Of a DNA stretch of 64,000 nt, positions 1 through 13,886 are shown piece by piece. A model generated the notes under the pieces. The model was not told where the DNA came from. It saw only the letters and a program-made list of their open reading frames with translations, and made no database searches. Source of the DNA: Eledone cirrhosa (taxonomy: Eukaryota); contig OZ024748.1 of the NCBI GenBank assembly GCA_964016885.1, forward strand, positions 44,764,001 to 44,828,000, given 5' to 3'. Positions within the stretch are counted from its first letter, which is position 1; each line of letters starts with the position of its first letter. The position numbers and the translations under genes were made by a program.

Positions 1-160
1 AAATGTTACACAACAGAGGAATATTTGACCAATCCAAATATGTAATATATAATATATATTAGGTGTATTAGTATATATACAGCATTACTATATATACTGT
101 ATGTATATACATATATATATATATTGAATATTATGCAAGAAAATCCAAAAGTCACTAGAC

Positions 161-253
<93 letters not shown>

Positions 254-320
254 TATGTGTGTGTATATATATGTGTATATAGATGTATATGTATGTATAT
301 ATATATGTACATATATTATT

Positions 321-552
321 TCCTTGAGCAAGACACTTTATTTCACATTGCTCCAGTTTACTCAGCTGTAGAAATGAGATGATAGGGACTATCGTGGAGG
401 TGCCACGGCAAAAAAGCACCCAGACCACACTGTAAATGAGGTTGGTGTTAGGAAGGGCATCCAGCTGTAGAAATCAAGCCAGAGTCAGTTCCCGTCCCAC
501 CCTTGCAAGCAGGGAAAAAGCGGATGTAAAATGAAATGATGATGATGATGAT
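321..552 (+). mobile_element. SINE family A (CORE-like body, RTE-type tail), 5'-truncated
   Basis: CCTTGAGCAAGACACTTTATTTCACATTGCTCCAGTTTACTCAGCTGTAGAAATG resembles the CORE domain. Tail ...GGAAGGGCATCCAGC...CCCTTGCAAGCAGGGAAAAAGCGGATGTAAAATG(AT)GATGAT. Matches copies at 10476, 44121 and 44999. Confidence 0.85.
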
Positions 553-613
553 ATACACACATATATATACAATGATATTAAATAAATGGAAACTATATTT
601 ATAAAACCATATT

Positions 614-674
614 TATTCTATTATATATATTTCAAGGGTACCAAAACTTTGGTACGCTCTCATCAGATAAAATA
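614..674 (-). ncRNA. Minimal type-I hammerhead ribozyme motif
   Basis: Minus strand: UAUUUUAU-CUGAUGA-[GAGCGUACCAAAG/UUUUGGUACCCUU stem II]-GAAA-UAUAUA-UA-AUAGAAUA. Stem I pairs and stem III is palindromic. Confidence 0.75.
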
Positions 675-771
675 CAAAGTTTGTTTTATAAATGTTGACA
701 TACCCAGGAATGAGATCTTAACGGTTCGAGTTTTTCTTGGATAGAAAAACTTGAACCGTTAAGGTATCTTT

Positions 772-847
<76 letters not shown>

Positions 848-852
<5 letters not shown>

Positions 853-940
853 GAAGTAATTCCGTCGGAAAAGTCCAGGAAAAAAGAGTGCTCTATGTAG
901 GTAACAGAGCTTAATAGTTATGTAATAAACAACATAATGC
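848..940. repeat. Short dispersed element (second copy at 16741-16856)
   Basis: AATGAA..ATTCCGT.GGAAA...AGAGTGCTCTATGTAGG..ACAGAGCTT..TAGTTATG.AATAAACAACATAAT is shared by both loci, each directly after (TA)n. Confidence 0.7.
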
Positions 941-1038
941 AATTATTCCATTTACCAGTGGTTTCTTAAAAGCAAAAAATTTTGCTTTCAATCCTCAGAA
1001 TGAAAATATCCTGGTCTGTTTATTAAATTTGAAATTTT

Positions 1039-1082
<44 letters not shown>

Positions 1083-1282
1083 CACATACACTCACACACA
1101 TACATATATAAGGTCACTAGATCATTATATAATATATATATATATATATGTATGTATATATTATGTATGTGAGATACAAGTCGTCACCAACAACCTGTCC
1201 AGTTAAGTACTGACCTGTTCTGTGATGACCAGTCAAACCCCTGCTAACAGGGAAAACAGATGCTATGTGTGTGTGTGTGTGT

Positions 1283-1333
<51 letters not shown>

Positions 1334-1409
1334 TGGATATATATATATAGATAGATAGATACTTGTAAATACACATGCATACATACATACATATATATAT
1401 GTATATATG

Positions 1410-1440
<31 letters not shown>

Positions 1441-1483
1441 CTCTATATATATATATCTCTATATATATATCTATATATATATA

Positions 1484-1522
<39 letters not shown>

Positions 1523-1854
1523 GTATCTATATATATATATATATCTATATATATATACATACATATTTATATTTATAAATATCTGTACTGTAATATATAG
1601 TGTATGTATATACATGTGTGTATATATTTATGTTGTGTGTATGAATCAGAGAATGTGTGTATATATATCTATATATATATATATAATAGTTAACTTTTGA
1701 TTATAAGCATATAATATAAAATAAGAAAGATAGTCATTTTATACATACATCCACACTCACACACACATATATATATATACACACTGACATATATAGTCGT
1801 ATACACACATATATATATATATAAATAGTGTCCACTCTTATGAAACACAAAGCA

Positions 1855-1920
1855 TGAGCAAGACACGGTCACCCATCCCAATTTGCCTCAAGTGGGACAA
1901 ACCTGTCCAACCCATGCTGT
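1855..1920 (+). mobile_element. Isolated RTE-type 3' tail fragment
   Basis: GAGCAAGACACGGTCACCC...TTGCCTCAAGTGGGACA...TCCAACCCATGC matches 54898-54951. Confidence 0.7.
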
Positions 1921-1945
1921 ATATATATATATTATATATATATAT

Positions 1946-2057
<112 letters not shown>

Positions 2058-2119
2058 CATGGAATATCTACAATGTGAAGACTGGGTAGAGCACAAATCA
2101 GGGTAGTATACATACATGC

Positions 2120-2202
<83 letters not shown>

Positions 2203-2849
2203 TATGTATATTTATATATATCAACATATATACTCTATTACACACACATACACATACATACATCCATACACAGACACATACATACACAGACACACAGACA
2301 CACACACACATGTATACACTCACAGATGTATACACACATTTGTACATACATATATATACATACACGTATACATACACAAACAAACAAACAAACACACATA
2401 CATCATACATACATACATACATACATAGATACATACATACATAGATACATACATAGATACATACATAGATACATACATACATACACACATGCATGCATGT
2501 AAAACTACACACCTGAGAACATCCAGGATTCTGTCCCACATGGTAACCATGTCGCTCTCTACATGTTCCATAATTTAGTGATGCTACTACACACCATTAT
2601 ATTAGCCTGGACCACTTGTCCGTCCGTAGATTATCACATCAGCACCAGTACCAGTGCCAACGACCGCAGCACCAACATCAATAGCACAAGCTCTCCTTAT
2701 TCTCCGTCTTCTTCTCTATGAAGCGGTAAGAGATGACTCTGCCAAATATATATCTGGGACACATGCCAACACTACACCGAAACCGCTGACCAAACCAATA
2801 ACAATAAAATAATAAACACAAGTGTAATGTTTTTACTAATATATATATG

Positions 2850-2907
<58 letters not shown>

Positions 2908-2908
2908 T

Positions 2909-2950
<42 letters not shown>

Positions 2951-2985
2951 CCTGTTTATATATATATATTTATCTGCTATGTATA

Positions 2986-3045
<60 letters not shown>

Positions 3046-3047
<2 letters not shown>

Positions 3048-3118
3048 GTCTAACCCATGCTAACGGAGGAAAATGGACGTTAAACAAAGATAATGGTGAT
3101 GATGATGATGATGATGGT
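3046..3118 (+). mobile_element. Isolated RTE-type 3' tail fragment
   Basis: CCGTCTAACCCATGCTAACGGAGGAAAATGGACGTTAAA followed by (GAT)n, embedded in (TA)n. Confidence 0.7.
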
Positions 3119-3128
3119 GATATATCTG

Positions 3129-3205
<77 letters not shown>

Positions 3206-3468
3206 GAGAAAATAGAGTGTACACATGTATGTACATGTATAAGATATATACATACATACATACATACATACATACATACATACATACATACATACACACA
3301 TATATATATATATATATATTCCCACATATATATATATTCACACATACATATATATATATATGCATATATATGAGTTATGTAATTGTGTGTATACACATGT
3401 ACTTTAGTTTTTCAGTTTGCCTTAGTCATCATGGCTGTTTATGCATATATATATGTATAAATATACAC

Positions 3469-3501
<33 letters not shown>

Positions 3502-3521
3502 AAAATGTGTGTGCGTGTAGT

Positions 3522-3566
<45 letters not shown>

Positions 3567-3567
3567 G

Positions 3568-3730
3568 TCATCATCATTAACATTTAACGTCTGTTCTCCA
3601 GGCTTACATGGCATAGACAGTCTGTCATATTATATGACCAGACAGGTCAGCTGACTATACCTTACTCATTACATTCCATTTGGGGCTTAGGTTACTCTGG
3701 CTTGATGCCCTTCCTTAATGACAACCCCTT
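3568..3730 (-). mobile_element. Diverged RTE-type 3' tail anchoring minisatellite array 1
   Basis: Reverse complement reads GGTTGTCATTAAGGAAGGGCATC...AGACGTTAAATG...ATGATGATGA. Confidence 0.7.
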
Positions 3731-6700
3731 CACAGTGTGTAAAGGAAGCTTTTTGTCATGGCACCAACCCTACCACTTTACAGGGTGGAAAGAGGGCTTT
3801 TTGTGAAAGCATCAGAACAAGCACTTTACAGGGTGGAAAGAGGGATTTTTGTCATAGCATCAGAATAACCACCTTACAGGGTAGAAAGGGGGCTTTTTGT
3901 CATAGCATCAGGACAACCACCTTATAGGGTGGAAAGGGGGCTTTTTGTCATAGCATCAGACCAACCACCTTGCAGGGTGGAAAGGAGGCTTTTTGTCATA
4001 GCATCAGGACAACCACCTTATAGGGTGGAAAGAGGGCTTTTTGTCATAGCATCAGAATAACCACATTACAGGGTGGAAAGGGGGCTTTTTGTCATAGCAT
4101 CAGAATAACCACCTTACAGGGTGGAAAGAGGGATTTTTGTCATAGCATCAGAACAACCACCTTGCAGGGTGGAAAGGAGGCTTTTTGTCATAGCATCAGG
4201 ACAACCACCTTATAGGGTGGAAAGGGGGCTTTTTGTCATAGCATCAGAATAACCACCTTACAGGGTAGAAAGGGGGCTTTTTGTCATAGCATCAGGACAA
4301 CCACCTTATAGGGTGGAAAGGGGGCTTTTTGTCATAGCATCAGAATAACCACCTTACAGGGTGGAAAGAGGGATTTTTGTCATAGCATCAGAACAACCAC
4401 CTTGCAGGGTGGAAAGGAGGCTTTTTGTCATAGCATCAGAATAACCACCTTACAGGGTGGAAAGGAGGCTTTTTGTCATAGCATCAGAATAACCACCTTA
4501 CAGGGTAGAAAGGGGGCTTTTTGTCATAGCATCAGGACAACCACATTACAGGGTGGAAAGGAGGCTTTTTGTCATAGCATCAGAATAACCACATTACAGG
4601 GTGGAAAGGGGGCTTTTTGTCATAGCATCAGAATAACCACCTTACAGAGTGGAAAGAGGGATTTTTGTCATAGCATCAGAACAACCACCTTGCAGGGTGG
4701 AAAGGAGGCTTTTTGTCATAGCATCAGAATAACCACCTTACAGGGTGGAAAGGGGGCTTTTTGTCATAGTATCAGAACAACCACCTTGCAGGGTGGAAAG
4801 GAGGCTTTTTGTCATAGCATCAGAACAACCACCTTGCAGGGTGGAAAGGAGGCTTTTTGTCATAGCATCAGAATAACCACCTTACAGGGTGGAAAGGGGG
4901 CTTTTTGTCATAGCATCAGGACAACCACCTTGCAGGGTGGAAAGGAGGCTTTTTGTCATAGTATCAGAATAACCACCTTACAGGGTGGAAAGGGTTTTTT
5001 TTGTCATAGCACCAGGATCACCACCATACAGGGTGGAAAAGGGGCTTTTTGTCATAGCATCAGAACAAACCCCTTACAGGGTAAAGGGGGCTTTTTGTCA
5101 TAGCACCAGAACAACCATCTTACAGGGTGGAAAGGGGGCTTTTTGTCATAGCATCAGAACAACCACCTTACAGGGTAAAGGGGACTTTTTGTCATAGCAC
5201 CAGAACAACCATCTTACAGGGTGGAAAGGGGGCTTTTTGTCATAGCATCAGAATAACCACCTTACAGGGTGGAAAGGAGGCTTTTTGTTATAGCATCAGA
5301 ACAAACCACCTTACAGGGTGGAAAGGGGGCTTTTTGTCATAGCATCAGAACAACCACCTTACAGGGTAAAGGGGGCTTTTTGTCATAGCACCAGAACAAC
5401 CATCTTACAGGGTGGAAAGGGGGCTTTTTGTCATAGCATCAGAACAACCAGCTTACAGGGTAAAGGGGACTTTTTGTCATAGCACCAGAACAACCATCTT
5501 ACAGGGTGGAAAGGGGGCTTTTTGTCATAGCATCAGAATAACCACCTTACAGGGTGGAAAGGAGGCTTTTTGTTATAGCATCAGAACAAACCACCTTACA
5601 GGGTGGAAAGGGGGCTTTTTGTCATAGCATCAGAACAACCACCTTACAGGGTAAAGGGGGCTTTTTGTCATAGCACCAGAACAACCATCTTACAGGGTGG
5701 AAAGGGGGCTTTTTGTCATAGCACCAGGATCACCACCATACAGGGTGGAAAGGGGGCTTTTTGTCATAGCATCAGAACAAACCCCTTACAGGGTGGACAG
5801 AGTGTTTTCTGTCATAGCACTAGCATGTTCCCCTTACAGGGTGGACAGAGTGTTTATTGTCATAGCAGTAACATGTTCCCCTTACAGGGTGGACAGAGTG
5901 CTTTCTGTCATAGCACTAGTGTTACATGGTGGACAGAGTGCTTTTTGTCATAGCACCAGCATGTTCCTCTTACAGGGTGGACAGAGTGTTTTTTGTCATA
6001 TACTAGAATGTTCCCCTTACAGGGTGGACAGAGTGTTTTTTGTCATAGCACCAGCATGTTTCCCCTTACAGGGTGGACAGAGTGCTTTTTGTCATAGCAC
6101 TAGCATGTTCCCCCTTACAGGGTGGACAGAGTGTTTTTTGTCATAGCACTAGCATGTTCCGCCTTACAGGGTGGACAGAGTGTTTTTTGTCATAGCACCA
6201 GCATGTTCCCCCTTACAGGGTGGACAGAGTGCTTTTTGTCATAGCACTAGCATGTTCCGCCTTACATGGTGGACAGAGTGTTTTTTGTCATATATTAGCA
6301 TGTTCCCCTTACAGGGTGGACAGAGTGTTTTTTGTCATAGCACTAGCATGTTCCCCTTACAGGGTGGACAGAGTGTTTTTTGTCATAGCACTAGCATGTT
6401 CCCCTTAGAGGGTGGACAGAGTGTTTTTTGTCATAGCACTAACATGTTGCCCTTACAGGGTGGACAGAGTGTTTTTTGTCATAGCACCAGCATGTTCCCC
6501 TTACAGGGTGGACAGAGTGTTTTTTGTCATATACTAGACTGTTCCCCTTACAGGGTGGACAGAGTGTTTTTTGTCATATACTAGAATGTTCCCCTTACAG
6601 GGTGGACAGAGTGCTTTTTGTCATAGCACCAACATGTTTCCCTTACAGGGTGGACAGAGTGTTTTTTGTCATAGCACTAACATGTTCCCCTTAGAGGGTG

Positions 6701-9700
6701 GACAGAGTGTTTTTTATCATAGCACCAGCATGTTCCCCTTACAGGGTGGACAGAGTGTTATTTGTCATATACTAGCATGTTCCCCTTAGAGGGTGGACAG
6801 AGTGTTTTTTGTCATAGCACTAACATGTTCCCCTTAGAGGGCGGTCAGAGTGCTTTTTGTCATAGCACTAGCATGTTCCGCCTTACAGGGTGGACAGAGT
6901 GTTTTTTGTCATATACTAGCATGTTCCCCTTACAGGGTGGACAGAGTGTTTTTTGTCATAGCACCAGCATGTTCCCCTTACAGGGTGGACAGAGTGCTTT
7001 TTGTCATAGCACCAACAAGTTTCCCTTACAGGGTGGACAGAGTGTTTTTTGTCATATACTAGACTGTTCCCCTTACAGGGTGGACAGAGTGCTTTTTGTC
7101 ATAGCACCAACAAGTTCCCCTTAGAGGGCGGTCAGAGTGCTTTTTGTCATAGCACTAGCATGTTCCCCCTACAGGGTGGACAGAGTGTTTTTTGTCATAG
7201 CACCAGCATGTTCCTCTTACAGGGTGGACAGAGTGTTTTTTGTCATAGCACTAACATGTTCCCCTTACAGGGTGGACAGAGTGCTTTTTGTCATAGCACC
7301 AACATGTTTCCCTTACAGGGTGGACAGAGTGTTTTTTGTCATAGCACTAACATGTTCCCCTTAGAGGGTGGACAGAGTGTTTTTTATCATAGCACCAGCA
7401 TGTTCCCCTTACAGGGTGGACAGAGTGTTATTTGTCATATACTAGCATGTTCCCCTTAGAGGGTGGACAGAGTGTTTTTTGTCATAGCACTAACATGTTC
7501 CCCTTAGAGGGCGGTCAGAGTGCTTTTTGTCATAGCACTAGCATGTTCCGCCTTACAGGGTGGACAGAGTGTTTTTTGTCATATACTAGCATGTTCCCCT
7601 TACAGGGTGGACAGAGTGTTTTTTGTCATAGCACCAGCATGTTCCCCTTACAGGGTGGACAGAGTGCTTTTTGTCATAGCACCAACAAGTTTCCCTTACA
7701 GGGTGGACAGAGTGTTTTTTGTCATATACTAGACTGTTCCCCTTACAGGGTGGACAGAGTGCTTTTTGTCATAGCACCAACAAGTTCCCCTTAGAGGGCG
7801 GTCAGAGTGCTTTTTGTCATAGCACTAGCATGTTCCCCCTACAGGGTGGACAGAGTGTTTTTTGTCATAGCACCAGCATGTTCCTCTTACAGGGTGGACA
7901 GAGTGTTTTTTGTCATAGCACTAACATGTTCCCCTTACAGGGTGGACAGAGTGCTTTTTGTCATAGCACTAGTGTTACATGGTGGACAGAGTGTTTTTTG
8001 TCATAGCACCAGCATGTTCCTCTTACAGGGTGGACAGAGTGTTTTTTGTCATAGCACTAACATGTTCCTCTTACAGGGTGGACAGAGTGTTTTTTATCAT
8101 AGCACCAGCATGTTCCCCTTACAGGGTGGACAGAGTGTTATTTGTCATATACTAGCATGTTCCCCTTAGAGGGTGGACAGAGTGTTTTTTGTCATAGCAC
8201 TAACATGTTCCCCTTAGAGGGCGGTCAGAGTGCTTTTTGTCATAGCACTAGCATGTTCCGCCTTACAGGGTGGACAGAGTGTTTTTTGTCATATACTAGC
8301 ATGTTCCCCTTACAGGGTGGACAGAGTGTTTTTTGTCATAGCACCAGCATGTTCCCCTTACAGGGTGGACAGAGTGTTTTTTGTCATAGCACCAGCATGT
8401 TCCTCTTACAGGGTGGACAGAGTGTTTTTTGTCATAGCACCAGCATGTTCCCCCTTACAGGGTGGACAGAGTGCTTTTTGTCATATCACTAGCATGTTCC
8501 ACCTTACATGGTGGACAGAGTGTTTTTTGTCATATATTAGCATGTTCCCCTTACATGGTGGACAGAGTGTTTTTTGTCATAGCACTAGCATGTTCCCCTT
8601 ACAGGGTGGACAGAGTGTTTTTCGTCATAGCACTAGCATGTTCCCCTTACAGGGTGGACAGAGTGTTTTTTGTCATAGCACCAGCATTTTCCCCCTTACA
8701 GGGTGGACAGAATGTTTTTTGTCATAGCACGAACATGTTCCCCTTACAGGGTGGACAGAGTGTTTTTTGTCATAGCACCAGCATGTTCCCCTTACAGGGT
8801 GGACAGAGTGTTATTTGTCATATACTAGCATGTTCCTCTTACAGGGTGGACAGAGTGTTTTTTGTCATATACTAGCATGTTCCCCCTTACAGGGTGGACA
8901 GAGTGTTTTTTGTCATAGCACTAACATGTTCCCCTTACAGGGTGGACAGAGTGTTTTTTGTCATAGCACTAACATGTTCCTCTTACAGGGTAGACAGAGT
9001 GTTTTTTGACATAGCACCAGCATGTTCCCCTTACAGGGTGGACAGAGTGTTATTTGTCATATACTAGCATGTTCCCCTTAGAGGGTGGACAGAGTGTTTT
9101 TTGTCATAGCACTAACATGTTCCCCTTAGAGGGCGGACAGAGTGTTTTTTCTCATAGCACTAACATGTTCCCCCTTACAGGGTGGACAGAGTGCTTTTTG
9201 TCATAGCACTAGCATGTTCCACCTTACAGGGTGGACAGAGTGCTTTTTGTCATATACTAGCATGTTCCCCTTACAGGGTGGACAGAGTGTTTTTTGTCAT
9301 AGCACCAGCATGTTCCCCTTACAGGGTGGACAGAGTGTTTTTTGTCATAGCACTAACATGTTCCCCTTACAGGGTGGACAGAGTGCTTTTTGTCATAGCA
9401 GTAACATGTTCCCCTTACAGGGTGGACAGAGTGTTTTTTGTCATAGCACCAGCATGTTTCCCCTTACAGGGTGGACAGAGTGCTTTTTGTCATAGCACTA
9501 GCATGTTCCCCCTTACAGGGTGGACAGAGTGTTTTTTGTCATAGCACTAGCATGTTCCACCTTACAGGCTGGACAGAGTGTTTTTTGTCATAGCACCAGC
9601 ATGTTCCCCCTTACAGGGTGGACAGAGTGCTTTTTGTCATAGCACTAGCATGTTCCGCCTTACATGGTGGAAAGAGTGTTTTTTGTCATATATTAGCATG

Positions 9701-10300
9701 TTCCCCTTACAGGGTGGACAGAGTGTTTTTTGTCATAGCACTAGCATGTTCCCCTTACAGGGTGGACAGAGTGTTTTTTGTCATAGCACTAGCATTTTCC
9801 CCCTTACAGGGTGGACAGAGTGTTTTTTGTCATAGCACCAACATGTTCCCCCTTACAGGGTGGACAGAGTGTTTTTTGTCATAGCACTAACATGTTCCCC
9901 TTACAGGGTGGACAGAGTGTTTTTTGTCATAGCACTAGCATGTTCCCCTTACAGGGTGGACAGAGTGTTTTTTGTCATAGCACTAGCATGTTCCCCTTAG
10001 AGGGTGGAGAGAGTGTTTTTTTGTCATAGCACTAGCATGTTCCCCTTACAGAGTGGACAGAGTGTTTTTTGTCATATACTAGCATGTTCCGCCTTACAGG
10101 GTGGACAGAGTGTTTTTTGTCATAGCACCCTTAGAGGGTGGACAGAGTTTTTTTTGTCATAGCACTAGCATGTTCCCCTTACAGGGTGGACAGAGTGTTT
10201 TTTGTCATATACTAGCATGTTCCGCCTTACAGGGTGGACAGTGTGTTTTTTGTCATATACTAGCATGTTCCCCTTAGAGGGTGGACAGAGTGTCATATAC
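3730..10300 (-). repeat. Minisatellite array 1, 48-bp unit, about 137 copies
   Basis: Plus-strand units are CATAGCATCAGAATAACCACCTTACAGGGTGGAAAGGGGGCTTTTTGT (to about 5780), then CATAGCACTAGCATGTTCCCCTTACAGGGTGGACAGAGTGTTTTTTGT. Register recurs every 240 bp (3901, 4141, 4381). Confidence 0.95.
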
Positions 10301-10475
10301 TAACATTACTGGTATAATTAATGATATGGTCATCAATAATGTGATCATTATCTTCTGTTTATTAATCTACATTTATAGCTGATTGATTCTACTCCTACTG
10401 TAATTGGAGTATTGATTATTACTATTAATTCTTCTTTCTTAATCCTCCATTATATATTAACCTTAATCCCTGTTA

Positions 10476-10839
10476 ATCATCATTTCATCATCATTTCATT
10501 TTACGTCCACTTTTCCCTGCTTGCAAGGGTGGGACGGGAACTGATGCTGGCTTCATTTCTACAGCTGGATGCCCTTCCTAACACCAACCTCATTTACAGT
10601 GAGTGCTGGGTGCTTTTTTTGCCGTGGCACCTCCACGTCCACTTTGCAGTGGAATGATAGGGACTGGGGTCCCTATCATTCCACTGCTGAGTCCCTATCA
10701 TTTCTACTGCTGAGTAAACTGGAGCAATGTGAAATAAAGTGTCTTGCTCAAGGAAACAACACATCACCCTGTCTGAGAATTGAACTCACAACCTTTCGAT
10801 TGCAAGGCCAATGCTCTAACCACTAAGCCATGTGCCTCC
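10476..10839 (-). mobile_element. SINE family A, full-length
   Basis: tRNA-like head (GGAGGCACATGGCTTAGTGGTTAGAGC...GAGTTCAATTC) with A and B boxes, CORE-like body, RTE-type tail and (GAT)n. Confidence 0.9.
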
Positions 10840-11242
10840 ATATATATATTTCCACATATAGGCATTATATTTCCACATCCCACCAATCCTCGGTCTATCT
10901 ATACTGTACCGTCATTAACAGTATGACCACCATTAGTATTATAACTATTAGTATTATCGTTAGTATTATAATTATCAATGTTTTTCTAATTATTGAAACA
11001 ATCATTATCGGTGGTTATATCTATAGTCTACCACTTGTAATAGTACATTTAGTATCACTGTCATTACATCTAATATATTGTATTATATATAATGTGTGTG
11101 TGTCACATTCCTAACATATTGTTATTACTCTCAGTTATAATTTATCAATTTATCGATATCATCTCATTGAGTGCTTCATGCCCGCTTCTGAAGATTCATT
11201 TCGAAAAATTCTAATTGTAGCGACAACTTCGATTTTACTCAC

Positions 11243-11276
<34 letters not shown>

Positions 11277-11277
<1 letters not shown>

Positions 11278-11598
11278 CCAGCATTTTGTTGAAAGATGGG
11301 TGAGAGAAGCAAGTATGGCCCGAATGAATGGGCCTTCTCTGAGTATGTGTCTGTAAATTAAAGGTGGAAAACTGGGAGAGGGCACTTGCCCTGGTGGTCA
11401 GGGCCACTGTGGTCTTTTAATGGGCTTTCTCCACAAATGTCCCTCGGAAGTCTCCCCCCTATTGGGGAATTTTTCTTTGTTATTTTATTTCATCCTCTGT
11501 TTTTTTACACGCAGAAATGCCCATTTGTACCGTCCTGTATTGTCCTGTACTGTCCTTAATGTCTACTTTATGTAAACCCTTGTGGTTAATAAAGAAAA

Positions 11599-11600
<2 letters not shown>
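11277..11600 (+). mobile_element. 5'-truncated Tx1-like retrotransposon (sister family), inserted in (ATT)n
   Basis: Translates HFVERWVREASMARMNGPSLSMCL* versus RFYERWVKVARMARVNGPSLYIRL* at the end of ORF2. 3' UTR ends AATAAAGAAAAC, with (ATT)n on both sides. Confidence 0.85.
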
Positions 11601-11643
<43 letters not shown>

Positions 11644-11651
11644 TATTATTA

Positions 11652-11858
11652 AGGGCGGTGAATTGGCAGTATCGGTAGAGGGTCGGACGCCATGGTTGGC
11701 AGCTTAGAGTTACAGCCCTTTATGGTCTGAGTTCAAATCCCGCCGAGGTTAACTTTGCCTTTCATCCTTATGGGGTCGATAAATTAAAGTACCAGTAATG
11801 AACTGAGTATTTGCTGGCCTTGTGCCAAAAGTAGAAACAATTATTATTATTATTATTA
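11652..11858 (+). mobile_element. SINE family B (tRNA-derived head, Meta/Nin-like central domain, (ATT)n tail)
   Basis: B box GAGTTCAAATCC, central GCCTTTCATCCTTATGGGGTCGATAAATTAAAGTACCAG, 3' end TGTGCCAAAAGTAGAAACAATTATTATT. The domain name is from recall and not verified. Confidence 0.8.
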
Positions 11859-11860
11859 CA

Positions 11861-11892
<32 letters not shown>

Positions 11893-13886
11893 CCACACCA
11901 CCCTTACTCTGTAAAATTATGTTGGTACCACAAAAAGCACCCAGTCCACACTGTAAAGTGGTTGTGTAGGTGTCACAACAAAATGCACCCAGTCCACATG
12001 GTAAAGTGGTTGTGTAGGTGTCATGACAAAAAGTACCCAGTTCACACTGTAAAGTGGTCATGTAGGTGTCATAACAAAAAAAAACACCCAGTCCACATGG
12101 TAAAGTGGTCGTGTAGGTGTCATAACAAAAAAACACCCAGTCCACACTGTAAAGTGGTCATGTAGGTGTCATGACAAAAAGTACCCAGTTCACACTGTAA
12201 AGTGGTTGTGTAGGTGTCATAACAAAATGCACCCAGTCCACATGGTAAAGTGGTTGTGTAGGTGTCATGACAAAAAGTACCCAGTTCACACTGTAAAGTG
12301 GTCATGTAGGTGTCATAACAAAAAAACACCCAGTCCACACTGTAAAGTGGTCGTGTAGGTGTCATAACAAAAAAAAACACCCAGTCCACATGGTAAAGTG
12401 GTTGTGTAGGTGTCATGACAAAAAGTACCCAGTTCACACTGTAAAGTGGTCATGTAGGTGTCATAACAAAAAAACACCCAGTCCACACTGTAAAGTGGTC
12501 GTGTAGGTGTCATAACAAAAAAAAACACCCAGTCCACATGGTAAAGTGGTTGTGTAGGTGTCATAACAAAAAAACACCCAGTCCACACTGTAAAGTGGTC
12601 ATGTAGGTGTCATGACAAAAAGGACCCAGTTCACACTGTAAAGTGGTTGTGTAGGTGTCATGACAAAAAGTACCCAGTTTACACTGTAAAGTGTCGTGTA
12701 GGTGTCATAACAAAAAAACACCCAGTCCACACTGTAAAGTAGTCATGTAGGGGACATGGCAAAAAGCACTCAGCACACACTGTAAAGTGGTCATGTAGGA
12801 GGCATGGCAAAAAGCACCCAGCACACACTGTAAAGTGGTCATGTAGGAGACATGGCAAAAAACACCCAGCACACACTGTAAAGTGGTCATGTAGGATACA
12901 TGGCAAAAAACACCCAGCACACACTGTAGAGTGGTCATGTAGGAGACATGGCAAAAAGCACCCAGCACACACTGTAAAGTGGTCATGTAGGATACATGGC
13001 AAAAAACACCCAGCACACACTGTAGAGTGGTCATGTAGGAGACATGGCAAAAAGCACCCAGCACACACTGTAAAGTGTCATGTAGGAGACATGGCAAAAA
13101 GCACCCAGCACACACTGTAAAGTGGTCATGTAGGAGACATGGCAAAAAACACCCAGCACACACTGTAAAGTGGTCATGTAGGATACATGGCAAAAAACAC
13201 CCAGCACACACTGTAGAGTGGTCATGTAGGAGACATGGCAAAAAGCACCCAGCACACACTGTAAAGTGGTCATGTAGGATACATGGCAAAAAACACCCAG
13301 CACACACTGTAGAGTGGTCATGTAGGAGACATTGCAAAAAGCACCCAGCACACACTGTAAAGTGTCATGTAGGAGACATGGCAAAAAGCACCCAGCACAC
13401 ACTGTAGAGTGGTCATGTAGGAGACATGGCAAAAAGCACCCAGCACACACTGTAAAGTGGTCATGTAGGATACATGGCAAAAAACACCCAGCACACACTG
13501 TAGAGTGGTCATGTAGGAGACATGGCAAAAAGCACCCAGCACACACTGTAAAGTGTCATGTAGGAGACATGGCAAAAAGCACCCAGCACACACTGTAAAG
13601 TGGTCATGTAGGAGACATGGCAAAAAGCACCCAGCACACACTGTAAAGTGGTCATGTAGGATACATGGCAAAAAACACCCAGCACACACTGTAGAGTGGT
13701 CATGTAGGAGACATGGCAAAAAGCACCCAGCACACACTGTAAAGTGTCATGTAGGAGACATGGCAAAAAGCACCCAGCACACACTGTAGAGTGGTCATGT
13801 AGGAGACATGGCAAAAAGCACCCAGCACACACTGTAAAGTGGTCATGTAGGAGATATGGCAAAAAGCACCCAGCACACACTGTAAA
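11893..13886 (+). repeat. Minisatellite array 2, 48-bp unit, about 41 copies
   Basis: Units are GTAGGTGTCATAACAAAAAAACACCCAGTCCACACTGTAAAGTGGTCAT (to about 12740), then GTAGGAGACATGGCAAAAAGCACCCAGCACACACTGTAAAGTGGTCAT. Confidence 0.95.

Noticed and set aside
2710-2760. CTATGAAGCGG...CTGCCAAATATATATC as a decayed hammerhead (similar case at 44573-44625, minus strand)
   Set aside because: Each has two or more core substitutions and cannot be told from chance without a family consensus.
11185-11215. CTGAAGA...GAAA as a hammerhead
   Set aside because: No pairable stem II or stem I.
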